A DNA stretch of 63,556 nt, filler included, from Collodictyon triciliatum (taxonomy: Eukaryota): assembly GCA_043381765.1 (NCBI GenBank). It is 11 parts of 11 records of this genome, joined end to end, with 100 filler letters (N's around TTAATTAATTAA, not from the genome) between each part and the next. Parts side by side here need not be neighbours in the genome. Positions count along the whole stretch, not along the records: positions 37,306 to 43,418 come from JBHJMP010004700.1; positions 43,519 to 49,629 come from JBHJMP010004701.1; positions 49,730 to 55,838 come from JBHJMP010004702.1; 8 more parts are not named here. The stretch is one strand, 5' to 3'. The translations under genes were made by a program, and so were the position numbers. Shown here one piece after another: positions 39,921 to 53,000 of this stretch; position 1 is the first letter of the stretch; each line of letters opens with the position of its first letter. The notes under the pieces are model-generated. The model was not told the DNA's origin. It worked only from the letters and a program-made list of their open reading frames with translations, and ran no database searches.

Positions 39921-41595
39921 TCATACTAAATGTGTATGTCTTTGCTGTCTTTCGCTTTTTGGGTGTTCTGGCTGACGACTAGCGCTCTCATTACCCAGTG
40001 ATACTTCGGAGTACTGAGGAAAGATGACGGGTAGGTTGAAAGGATTAGATTGATTGACGGGTGAAGTAATCGCCTCTGGATTTGTGTTGTGTGGGTGCGT
40101 GGCTGCGTCTCTCCCCGTTGGCAGAGCGGGCAAACAGACAGACATATCTTGTTCGCCGGTAAAGCCTGTTGTGACATTATTTTCTTGGCGATGCTGCTGT
40201 CTCGTGCAATAATCAGAAGATCTGCTATAATTGTTCGTATGTGAATCGACTGGAAACATATGCACGCTGCTCGAACAATTAGTGTAATTGTTGTCAAGCG
40301 ACGTGCCACCGGCTGTGGGTTGGTCTGCCATCTCCATAAAGTACACTTGTTGTGTGACGCCATTGACGACCATATCTTCATACCGGAATAGACTTGACCA
40401 ATTTAACACATTTGCAAAGCACCTCCATTCGGGCTCCGACATACGCTTCATGTATGATTCGCTGGTCATCTGACCTCTGATGTTCTCTAAAGTCGAAGGT
40501 AGGTCGCTCATTTCCAAATAACCCATCGCTCTTCTCAAGCGGTTTATTAAATAAGGGTGACGTCTGGCTGGAACGACTTTGCAAAAATTGTTCATCACAT
40601 CGTTGCTGCTCTTTGGTGTCGTGTATGAAATAATCCCATTTTTGTGCTGTATGATAGGATTATTAGCTCTTTAAATTTGTGATATCGAAGCATTGTTTTC
40701 CATGTGTTCATTGCATACCTTCATAATAAAGGATATGAAATTGTAGACAAACCACTTTTATCAAACCCGCAAGATACATTCCAAACAAGGTCTCAGAATA
40801 TGACATATTTAATTGGCGAGGGCCAATCTCTCTCCACTTTTCATGCAAATCTTGCAGCTGTAATTTATGGGATTTTCTTTTGGTGTCCGGAATACCACTA
40901 ACATAGTCGTGAAACTTCCGAGCGTAATCTTGATTTATATAAAATTTAATTCAAAACTATGTCTGAATACTGAAATTTTTTTTTCCTTTATTCGATTCAA
41001 AGGTCTGAATACTGAATTTAAATATTTATACACTAAAGATTGTTGGTACGGGTGCTAACAGCTTAAACTGTCGTGAATAAAAGATATTATCTTTTTTTTA
41101 CTGAAAAAAGAATTCAATACTTAATTTATCGTCTCTGATGTACATTACAGGCTCTTCATAAGAGCGTTGTTCGATTGTTTGTAGTGATGCAACTTTAATC
41201 GTGTGAAAGTTTTTTATTTAGAAATTGATTTCAATAAACAAAATATCTTGTATTTTTTGAAATAGCTGACCTTCAAATGCATTTTTTCGCTGATCTGCTA
41301 AATCATTTATGTTGTTGGAATGGTGTAGGTTTTCGTGGTTATAAATATCTATCTTGATTCTGAAATGTACGCTGCTATCAAAATCCCCAAAAGTGTATGG
41401 TAAACATCCTGTGGTTCCGTCTGTAGTGTGGCAATCATCTGAGATAACATCTTCGAGTAATCTACATATCATAGCGTCTAACTCAAACGTATTGTAGCTG
41501 TCACCAGTAAGTCTGTTTTCCATGAGTTCGTTTAATAAATGGTAATTAAAATAGCTTGAAGTATCTCGGTCTAAGTTGGTTCGATGATGCGACAT
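39921..41595 (-). CDS. Hypothetical protein(s): ORFs 41218-41595 and 39921-40598, possibly one gene
   Basis: ORFs of 125 and 225 codons with protein-like composition; no family recognised. Confidence 0.35.
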
Positions 41596-42263
41596 TTCTT
41601 ATCCACGTTCTCTCGTAAATGTTTTTTTCTTTTACTGAAATTAGGATGAACATCTAATTTAGTTACTTCTAAATCAAACGAAAAAGCCTTGCTTATGTAT
41701 ATTAGATATGGCAAGGTAAAATTCAGTCAATATCTTAATCATTATATATGCCTATTCTACTGTTTGATGTGCTCCAATTACTTTGTTTTTTTTTGTCCAA
41801 CACATCGCTCTACCTTTATATATCCACTGCGATGGTCAATGTATGTGTCACTTCCAAAACTTTGAAGGCATCCGTGTTATTGCACTTTTGTTGTGTCAGC
41901 CCTCAGAATTTATTTTATTTGAAGAAAAAAGAGCTGACCTTGCTCTGGCTACCAAGAAAAGGGTACGTGATAACAGTTTTGTCTGTGTCTGTTGTATGGC
42001 TATGTTCATTTATTTTATTCTTTTATTTTATTTTATTTTGTGGTGCTTATCTCGAAGTATTCTTTGATAAGGTCATTTTATACAACAACAAAAAAAAAAA
42101 AAAGGATTAAGTTATGTTGTATTCAGGCATCTAAGGAGCACTAATATTTTGTCGTTGTCGAAGGGGTAAGCCTGATAATCCTCTTCATCCGTCAGAGATG
42201 CATATGATAGTTAAGTATATAGTAAATATGAGCATCTTTTAAATGGCGAATGAATTTCATGTG

Positions 42264-42303
<40 letters not shown>

Positions 42304-42651
42304 GGGCATCGAAGGAGAAATCGAACAAGGTATTCAATTTGGGGAGTAGAAAGAGCTGAAGAATACGCCGACAGTGCAGTCACGATTAATCATTCTAGGC
42401 AAAGAGCCAGGTATAGGACTTTGCCATGGAAGTATGTAGCCAGATTCAATAATCAATGGGTCTTAAAATGCTCAGACCTTATCACATATTCTAGTCCCAA
42501 TAGAATAAAGGGAAAAAAGTGGAAAGCCTCATAAATTCATACTGTTCTTTTGGCGACAGACTTTATTAGCCCTTATTTCCTCATTGAGGCAGAGACAGGC
42601 TGGAAAAAAAAAGGAACTCATGCACGATGAGAGTCATCTTCGTTTTTGTGC

Positions 42652-43187
42652 TTAGGAGGATTCCTCATCAAGCTTCTTTTGGGCTTCTTGTTTGGCCCAC
42701 TCGCGAATGCTTGTCTCTGGTGCGTATTTCAACCCAAGTCCCATAACCACAAGGGTGAAGATACCTGTAAGGTAGTACGGAGCCTCCCAATCCTCCCACT
42801 TACGAGCTTGTCCAGGCTGCAATGGCTAGTGCGAATGGTGTTAACGTCGGTTTTTGTTTAGTTTTCGAGTGTAATTGGGAGAGATTATCATAATAGATTC
42901 ACTGAAAGCCAGCGACATTTCATATGCAATAAGCAACGTAACAAATACGTCATTATATTGGATTAAAAGTGGAATAATGAGTATCTTCTGCGCACTCCTT
43001 TTTTTTCTTTTTTTCTCTTTTTCCTTCTTGTCGGATTTGTTTTAATGTTGGCAACAAATACCTGCTCTCCAAAGAGGCGCTGCACGTTTGGTTCATTTGA
43101 GTAAGGTTCCGCATGATGACCGTGGGGGTCGCCACCTCGACGGATGGCGCGTGGCTTCAAGGAGCGGGAAAGGAGTCTCGACAGCAT
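42652..43187 (-). CDS. NDUFB11: Mitochondrial complex I accessory subunit ESSS/NDUFB11-like, 96 aa
   Basis: Exons 43062-43187 and 42652-42816 give an Arg-rich presequence, then EPNVQRLFGEQ/PGQARKWEDWEAPYY, a TM segment and PETSIREWAKQEA. Confidence 0.85.
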
Positions 43188-43518
43188 TGTGTGGGTGGTT
43201 CTAGGTGGAGGACGAAGAAGGTAGGGGAAGATAACTTAGGTCTCAACAAGGTTTGTATCCTGGGGTTATCTCCCAAGCTCAATAATCGTGTAGAAACATT
43301 ATTGGATCGCTGTTTATATTTTGGTTTTTTGGTTTTTTGGTTTTTTGGTTTTTTGGTTTTTTGGTTTTTTGGTTTTTTGGTTTTTTGGTTTTTTGGTTTT
43401 TTGGTTTTTTGGTTTTTTNNNNNNNNNNNNNNNNNNNNNNNNNNNNNNNNNNNNNNNNNNNNTTAATTAATTAANNNNNNNNNNNNNNNNNNNNNNNNNN
43501 NNNNNNNNNNNNNNNNNN

Positions 43519-43975
43519 AGAAAAAAGAGAGAAAAAAGAGAGAAAAAAGAGAGAAAAAAGAGAGAAAAAAGAGAGAAAAAAGAGAGAAAAAAGAGAGAAA
43601 AAAGAGAGAAAGAGAGAAAGAGAGAGAGAGAGAGAAAAAGAGAGAGAAAAAGAGAGAGAGAAAGAGAGAGAAAAAGAGAGAGAAAAAGAGAGAGAGAGAG
43701 AGAGAAAAAAAAAGAGAGAGAAGAGAGAAAAAAAGAGAGAAAAAAAGAGAGAGAAAAGAGAGAGAAAAGAGAGAAAAAAAGAGAGAAAAAAGAGAGAAAA
43801 AAAGAGAGAAAGAGAGAAAGAGAGAGAAAAAGAGAGAGAAAAAGAGAGAGAAAAAGAGAGAGAAAAAGAAGAGAGAAAAAGAGAGAGAAAAAGAGAGAGA
43901 AAAAGAGAGAGAAAAAGAAGAGAGAGAAAAAGAGAGAGAAAAAGAGAGAGAAAAAAGAGAAAAAAAAAGAGAGAA
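43519..43975. repeat. Purine-only (A/G) low-complexity tract of about 455 bp at a scaffold start
   Basis: Seen directly. Confidence 0.95.
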
Positions 43976-44034
43976 ATGCTAGTTTCAATCTAATAATAAA
44001 ATAAAACCTTTTGTGGGCGAAGGGACGCAGCGCT

Positions 44035-46728
44035 ATGGCCGACCGCTCGTCAAGCGAAACCAGGCTTCTCGCCGAAGCCAAAGCAGCCGAAGGCAAAGTG
44101 TTTACTGGAAAGGGTGAACACAGCACCATCAGTTATACAACCGAGAAAGTTATTGGGAGCGGCTCTTTTGGAATCGTCTTTCAGGCCTCGGTTGTTGGGA
44201 CGGGCGAGATAGTGGCAATCAAGAAAGTTCTTCAAGACAGACGCTATAAGGTACCGCCATGCTTCTTTTCACATCTTAAATCATTCTACCTTTATATTTT
44301 GTCTTTTGTCTTTTGTCTTTTGTCTTTTGTCTTTTGTCTTTTGTCTTTTGTCTTTTGTCTTTTGTCTTTTGTCTTTTGTCTTTTGTCTTTTGTCTTTTGT
44401 CTTTTGTCTTTTGTCTCTCCGGGTTATTTAGCTTTATTACAAGTTTACTAATGCTATCATTTGTTCACTTATTCTTATTCTTATTGATTATAAGTTGAAC
44501 ACCACATTTGCAAAATTATTTAACAAGTTCTCTTCCCCAGCTTTTTCATTTTATTATTCCAATATATTTCTCATGACATTGATGATGTTCTGCTTCTATT
44601 GGGGGTTCCTCATGCACATGAAGCTAACATCTCAAATTGTACAGAATCGAGAGTTGCATATAATGAAAACACTAAATCATCCAAATGTTGTGACCTTGAA
44701 GCACTCATTTTACTCAAGTGGCGAAAAGGTTTTCAATATATCTATTTGCGATACCATACTTTTCTGAAAGATAATAGTAATATAAGATAGAAACGTATCA
44801 ATTTCCCGATGCCATCAATTAGATATTGAACTCCTTTAGTTCACGCGACTTTTTAAAAATCAATAATACGTGCATGTAATCAATAATCGAAATAAATTCA
44901 ACATAACCCTGCTAAGCGTTTATCTGCTTTCGCTCACACATTAAGAATACGATTTAATCAATATCATCATCCTTATGCTGCTATTCATGGTACAATTTCA
45001 TAGGCTGACGAGGTTTATCTGAACTTGGTTCTTGAGTATGTACCGGAAACGGTGTACAGAGTTTGTCGGCATTACACAAAAAGTCGCCAAGCCGTACCTA
45101 CGTTATTTATAAAGCTTTTCGGCTATCAGATGTGTCGCTCGCTTGCCTACTTACATGCTCAAGGTGTGTGCCATCGAGATATTAAACCTCAGAACATTCT
45201 CGTGGATTCACAATCGGGCGTTTGTAAGATATGTGACTTTGGCAGGTGTGTTAGTTAGTTGTTTTGTTATTATTTTTTTTTAAAAAAAATCCAATAAGTG
45301 CTGGACATTTTAGCGCGCTTATCTATGTTTGATTTATAAATGCTTTTCATTTGATTTTAATCGTTCATATAATCTTGTATGTTCTTTTCAGTGCAAAGAT
45401 GCTTGTGAAAGGAGAACCCAATATTGCATACATCTGCTCCCGATACTATAGAGCCCCAGAGCTTGTATTCGGTGCGACAGAATATACTAATTCGATAGGT
45501 ACTTATTTTACCAAGATATACTTCTCGAGATGTGATTATTACTCTTCATAAAAATGTATTTCGGTCTGTGATTTATATGCTTAAGTTAAAAAATCACTAT
45601 TAAAGAAGAAAAGAGAGAGAGAAAAAAAAAACAGGGGACTTGCTTTGTGCTTGGCTAATATAATGAAATAGATACCTGGTCAGTCGGGTGTGTAATCGCA
45701 GAGCTAATGACTGGCTCACCTATATTTCCCGGGGAAAATGGTACGGATCAACTCGTTGAAATTATCAAAATATTAGGCACACCATCACATGATGATGTGG
45801 CCAGCATGAACCCCAACTACACAGACCATAAGTTCCCTCAAGTCAAGCCTGTTCCATGGGCGAAGGTGTTTGGCATTCTTTTTTCTTCTTTTTTTTTTCG
45901 CTGGCAATAGTTATTTTTATTTATGTATTTATTCATGTATTTAATTTAATAAAAAAAAAAAACTTTTTTTAATGAGCCATCTTCATATTTCTTTTGGTAT
46001 CTTAACTCAGCCACCAACTCCGTTTCTTTTTTTTCTTTATGTATACCCTCTTTCTAATTTTACCGTATTTTCTCACACTTTTTTGAAACATAAAACAAAC
46101 AACCCCACACAAAATGTATCTTGCAACCACTTGTGATATCAGTTCCACTGCGAGAATCTCATGTTGGATTTCAGCACCCTTATTGCTCCTAAAATCTTTT
46201 AAAATGACGTAAGGTTTTTCGGCCGAAAACATCGCCTGAGGCCATCGACTTGATTTCCAACATGCTTCAATACAACCCTGAAAAGCGACTAACCCCCATC
46301 GAATGCATGATTCACCCGTTCTTTGACGAGCTACGGGATCCAAACACAAAGATGCCTGCTGGGATGCCGCTACCGCCCCTCTTCAATATGACTCCACCGG
46401 GTATCTCTTTGTTGATTACTTTTTCGCTCCGTCCTAGCCACAACTAAATCCCTCTATCGAAAAGCGCCATAATTCTCTTGTGATGAGGCTGTAGCCCTTT
46501 CGAATCACTTGCATATCGTATGTGTGGATTAATATCTTTTAATATGACAAAAAAAAGCATGCATCACAATCGCATATTTTGACAGAGCTTAAAGGAGCCA
46601 CGCCTGAGCAAATCCGTCGATTGATTCCTGATCACGCTGTACCACATCTGTCCATGTCCTTTCCCCAACTCATCAGTGCCGTTGCCTCTGGAAATTCCAC
46701 GGCTGCAGCAGGTTCCTCAATATCATAG
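44035..46728 (+). CDS. GSK3: Glycogen synthase kinase-3/shaggy-like kinase
   Basis: [83 protein letters not shown] and [10 protein letters not shown]. Confidence 0.97.
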
Positions 46729-46902
46729 TCACTCAAACACAACAAGACAGCGCCATAATAAAAACAAAATCCTTCTGAGGATGAAATATCAACAACAAAA
46801 AAGGCCTTGTCTTTCAGACTTATTCTCAACTGGACAAGAAAAAAGAGAACACAACGAGATGTTTTCGAATAAGTGATTAAAAAAAGGGAATAGAAGAAAA
46901 AT

Positions 46903-49629
46903 TTAAGATGTAGGCACTGGGCGAATATCATGATTGTCTGAAGTGATCTTGTTTGTTCCTTTTATCCCAATTATGCTCGGGACTGCCCTGTCTCCTCCCG
47001 TTGCCCTGTCAAACGACTCATGCCACTCACCACCCACCGGGCACTCCGACTGTTGCGTCGCTGCTTCCCTTTGCAAAGTAGAGCTCAAGCGTTTGGTCTC
47101 CGTACTTGACAACCTTTTCCCGCTTCTCAAAGGTGATTTCAGCGCACTCTCCAATCAGGTCTCTTGTTATGTGCGACACATTGACACATCCGGGCGACCC
47201 GTTCGACTCCATTTTCGATGCCACGTTGACGTGGGCGCCCCAAATGTCGAACACCTACACAGCCATATTGTATCACGAGGTCAATTGACATCATCCATTT
47301 TTCCTTTTTATATTTAGCTTGTAAATGGAAATATAAATGTAAACGTTTGTATCTTCTTATGGTCATGTAACAACTCGTGATTCTTCTATTACCATCTTGG
47401 TCTTTCCTATCATCCCACCCACAACGGGCCCACTGTGCACGCCTATGCGGACATTGACCCGAAGTCCTTGTACTTCCGGCATTCGTTGGACGATTCTGAC
47501 CATCTCCAACGCCATCAAGACAGCCACCTGTGATGTCAAAATCGAACGTTCACAAATATGTGGTGAAACTCTAAAAAAAAGAAAGAAAGAAAAAGGAGAG
47601 GCATATTGTCTATCCTGGAGACTGTGGCGTGTGGACACAGCGGCATCGAATATCCATCACAAACAATAGAATTAAAGCAAGTGTAATCCTACTTTCGCAT
47701 GGTCGGGCCTTGGATACGGAAGTCCGGCGACAACCATGTATGCATCGCCTTAAGGTTATATGAGTTTGTAAGTTTCCGATATATTACACGATTACAACAT
47801 AATATTTAGTATAAACGCACATCTTACGCTATCAATCCATCATTATACATGTATTAAAAAATGAAATGAGAAAGAGGAAAGAGTGTGTCACGAGAGATTG
47901 TACCGATTGTCTTTATCTTCTCCATCCCCAGCCTCTCTGCCGCCTCGTCCACCTATCAAATAACAAGTCAGTCACAAAATACTCAATCTCGCGAAATAGA
48001 TATGCCGGTCCGATATAAACATCCGATGGCTTGGTAGTTTTTCTGCAGCGAATGTCTTGGTGCTCGTATATACCTCAGAAAACATTCCATTCAGCATCTT
48101 GACAATCGACGATGCATCCAGCTTGGATGACAGCACAGTGAATCTGACGGTTTTTTCAATTGAGCGTTTTTGTTATTTGTTGTTAAAATAGTACTATCAG
48201 ACGGTCGACTTACCCGCAAATGTCCGCAAACATGACGCTGGCAGCTTCGTATCTATCAATCAGCTTCACACTGCCTTCTCTCATTCGGGTTATCAGCGAC
48301 TCCGGAAGAATGTTATCTAATGATGATACAAACACATACAATCCATCATCACTGAAACACTTCGATGAGATTGTATGACACGTATTTAAACTCATATCAA
48401 ACTTCATCGATATTTTCACATACGCAAGAGACGCTCCGACTCTTCTCTCTGTCTGATGACCTTCACTCTCTCCGCCTCCGCCGCCTCGGAAAGCAGAAAC
48501 TCTCTCCTGTTAAATAAACCGACCATGTGTTTGATAAAAAAATTGTTAATTATTTAATCAAACGATACATGCGCTTATCTTTCCGCTTTTTACTTATACG
48601 GATGATTGAGATATGTTGTTACCTGGCCTGTTTTTCGACATGCTTGCATGTTTCTTGAGCATAAAAACATCTCGCAAGGTACACCATCGTATTAAGGCTG
48701 TCAACTCCAAGTTTACTGTTCACGCCGATGATGACAATCTACATTATTTTACGAAAATATATTTAGTTCATGAATGCGCCAGGTAGAACTCAAAAGTATG
48801 CTGATTGAAGTATTTAAAAAACACACAAGATACAGAAAAAATGATGTCCATTCTATGCGACGGATAATCCGATATGGAACTTGTGATGAGTTGTAGTTGA
48901 CAACCATCATTAATGAGTTCAGAAAGATTATGAACTGCACTCCACTCGACTCCTTTTGCCTTTGCATGGACGGGTCAGGTAGGTGAGTATCACACTGTAA
49001 AGTCTTCACACACACCGCGATATAGGTTTATATCATACGTACCTGTAGACGGCCAGAAGCACCGTCATGCAGAGTCTGTTGAGTATGATGTTGAGTGTGC
49101 TCAGGCCCATGTTGCTACTCGGAGCGAAGTGAGCGACACAAGCGTTGACTGCCTGGTATTCATAGACGTTCGTAAAAAAAAAGAAAAAAAAACCAAACAA
49201 CCATCAGTTTTTGAAAACTATGGCGATTTGAGGGTTCTCAGGGGCTGGGTATCATTATGGATTGAATTTTGCAAGTGTCGTACCTGGATACAGACACACG
49301 GCCCAACAACCATGTAGTACACCGAGACGAGTTCGGAGTCGAATGCATACATGTCGAGTCCAGCTATCAGCTCGATGCATATCAGACATGCAGCGAACAC
49401 GATGTTTCTGTGGACAACCATTTCGTTTTGAAGCTTTCGGAACTTGTCTTCTAAGGCGGTGTCAGTGAAGCTGAGAATGCTCCAACTTGACTTTATTTGG
49501 GACTGCAGCTGCTCATCAAGCTCCTGGTTTCTCTTCTGGATGGCTTCTCGAGCCTTCTTGTCCTTACGCGACATCTTGGTCTCTGTCTTTTCGGCATCCT
49601 GGTCATCTTTTGATGGGGTCTTTTTGACT
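46903..49629 (-). CDS. Membrane class III adenylyl cyclase (TM block plus one catalytic domain), 5'-truncated
   Basis: LDNILP, VMFADICG/FT, EKIKTIG/DAYMVVAG, RIGVHSGPVVGG and FDIWGAHVNVASKMES. Lys (KIKTIG) plus Asp (FDIWG) indicate ATP specificity. Confidence 0.9.
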
Positions 49630-50011
49630 NNNNNNNNNNNNNNNNNNNNNNNNNNNNNNNNNNNNNNNNNNNNTTAATTAATTAANNNNNNNNNNNNNNN
49701 NNNNNNNNNNNNNNNNNNNNNNNNNNNNNTTATCATTATCATTATCATTATCATTATCATTATCATTATCATTATCATTATCATTATCATTATCATTATC
49801 ATTATCATTATCATTATCATTATCATTATCATTATCATTATCATTATCATCCAAAATGAATACATAGCTGTTCGCCTTCCATGGCCCTGCAACCTCGTTC
49901 TTTGCATTTATAGCATTTTTCTTTGAGATTATCGCGAACGCTACAAACTCGTCTCGGGTACATTCACTTTGTTTCCTGACTTTTCTTTCGGTTGTGACTT
50001 TGCGCCAAAGG

Positions 50012-53000
50012 ATGAACCGGGACAAAGAATCAAAGCTGAGGCGCAAACCAAACCTTCGTGCTCAGCGCAACAATCGTGAAGTGCGCCGGTCGAGCATAAA
50101 CAAAGCACGCAGCGAGTTGGAAGCCCTGAAGATTCGAGTGCAAGAAGAGGCACCAGAAAGCGGGGTTTGTTGCTTCTCATATTTGCTTCTTATTCTTCTT
50201 TTTTTTTTATCTCTTTAGCAAAGTAAAAATAGGAACAAGATAGAAGAACAGAATAAGTGAGCAAGAGGAAAATAATGTATATTGTAGGCCTCCTATCTGT
50301 ATCATGCTTTTCTGAATTATTTGCCATTATTTATACGTTCAGACTGTTTTCCCACTCGGCACCGGTCCAGTAAAGTTTTCCGACCTTCCAATATCACAGC
50401 TTACATTGCGAGGTATTCAACTAACCCACCATTTGTCATCATACAAAAATGTGTATACAAGGGAATCTAACTAGTCTTACAAAGCCCATCCAAATGTCAG
50501 TCAATGCCTTAATTAAATGCCCGGTGTTTCCCTTCCTCGGTGCAGGACTTGCCAAAGGCTCCTATGAAAGCATGACCGAGATTCAGCGCACATCGATCCC
50601 GCATTCGTTGGTTGGCCGGGACGTGTTGGGTGCAGCAAAGACAGGCTCAGGAAAGACTATTGCATTTTTGATTCCGGTGTGATTTCTACCTATTATCTCA
50701 TGATGGCAATACCATTTTTCTCTCTCACATTTTTTGCTAATTTTAAAAACCACATTGATTTTCTTCCTGCTTTTTATTTATCAACATCTATATTGAATTC
50801 AGACATCTCAGAGACTTACGCTTTCCAACCAGGGATGTGAACCTCAGTTCCCACAGAAATATAATTTGTTCATGGCCATTAATCCACTACGCATTTTCCT
50901 TGAACCATATAGATTCTCGAGAAGCTATTCCGTGCTCAATGGACAACATACGATGGAATCGGCGCACTTGTAATAACGCCGACCCGTGAACTTGTAAGGA
51001 TTCAAATGGTTCATGCGTCGCTAAAATTCATGATTGTTCCATCACCAGATACTATATGGGTATTTGCTGTGTGCACCTTGAAAGTCAAACTAATATGATG
51101 CGGTTCACAGGCACTTCAAATATTCGATGTGCTGCGAAAAATTGGAAAGTTTCACACGTTTTCAGCAGGTTTGGTAATTGGAGGAAAAGATTTGAAGACG
51201 GAGAGAGATTTGATTGCACGCATGAATATATTGATCTGCACACCTGGTCGTCTTCTCCAGCACATGGACGAAACAAGCGGTTTTGAATGCACAAACTTAC
51301 AAATGCTCGGTATTTTCTGGTTCTATCACCAGTTCTCGAGTTGCCCTACCTTTTACGAAAATGTTCATATCATATCATATCATATCATATCATATCATAT
51401 CATATCATATCATATCATATCATATCATATCATATCATATCATATCATATCATATCATATCATATCATATCATATCATATCATATCATATCATACATCCG
51501 ATATCTAGCCCGCCAATATCTTTTTCTTAATACCCACTACAAATAACAAAGTCTAATAAACAAATCAAATGTAACATAGTTTTGGATGAGGCGGACCGTA
51601 TCTTGGACCTCGGATTTTCAAAAAGTATGAATGCAATTATCCAGAATCTTCCCGCCCAACGCCAAACTCTCTTGTTTTCTGCCACCCAGACAAAATCAGT
51701 GCAGGACTTGGCTCGCCTCAGTTTGAAGGTTTCGACATAAAATTACACATATATGCATGAATCATTTCTGTACATGATTTAAAATAGTAATAATATACAA
51801 GCTCATAATCTGCTTTTGATTGTTTCTTCTTTTACTGACCGATTCCTGTGGTGAATGAATGAACGGCTCGTTCAATTTAGGACGCTGAGTACGTATCCAT
51901 ATATAAGGAATCCATAGTGGACACACCGCAGAAGCTTGTTCAAAACTACCTTGTCTGCCCGCTCCAGGACAAAATCGATATGCTTTACTCATTCATCAAG
52001 ACGCACTTGAAAGCCAAGACAATTGTGTTCATGTCCACATGCAAACAAGTTTGTATATACTATGCTCAAATTAAATTGTTTTTTTTATCAGCTCAAACTA
52101 TGATGAAAGTGACGTATGTATATCAGAAAATGCATGACATATTAACGGAAGCAAGAAAATAGTGACTTTTGTATTAAAATACAAGAATGACTCACTTTAA
52201 TGTCATAATTTGTTCATCCCTTCTGATGGGTATTAATAGGTGCGCTTTATGTATGAAGGCTTCTGCAAAATGAGGCCGGGTATTCCCGTAGTTTGTCTCC
52301 ACGGCAAGATGAAGCAACACCGAAGATTGGAGGTCTACTATGATTTCTGTGACAAAAGCGCTGGTAAGCAGTATCATTTGGAATCCGAATCCAGCATAAA
52401 AGAAATTGCAAATCCTGGGGTATACATAGCAGCATCCATACCTCCGAAAATGGCACACATCTAATTTAATTTTACTGGGTCATGGCTTTGCTCTCCTCTT
52501 TTTTTTTTTTTTATCGCGATTGTTAGCTGTTATTTTCGCCACGGATATTGCTGCTCGTGGATTGGATTTCCCCGCAGTTGATTGGGTTCTTCAGCTTGAT
52601 TGCCCCGAGGATTTGGCGACATATATTCATCGTGTTGGGCGGACAGCGAGGTATAATCCTACCTCACGGAAGCGCATATTCAAATGACGCGATGCTTTCT
52701 TTTCTATTCCAAAGGAAACTTTCTGCTATGTATTATCTTGATTTTCTTATGGTGATATAATTTCCACTTCAAAATAAGACAAAGAAAACACTATTATGTC
52801 CAACTAGACAATTGTTTCTCATGTTCACATCTTAAATGCCGCACCAAGATATCAGTCAGGCGGGAAAGCGTTGCTTTTCCTGCTACCATCAGAGGAGAAG
52901 GGAATGACCAAGCTCTTTGAACAAGGAAAAGTACTCAGATTCATATTTCTATTGTATGTGATATATTTGGATTGAATTTTGTTCTATCTGCACAATTATG

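Noticed and set aside
43318-43418. (GGTTTTTT)n as a telomere
   Set aside because: It is one of many different SSRs at scaffold ends and sits directly upstream of a housekeeping gene; nothing else indicates a chromosome end.
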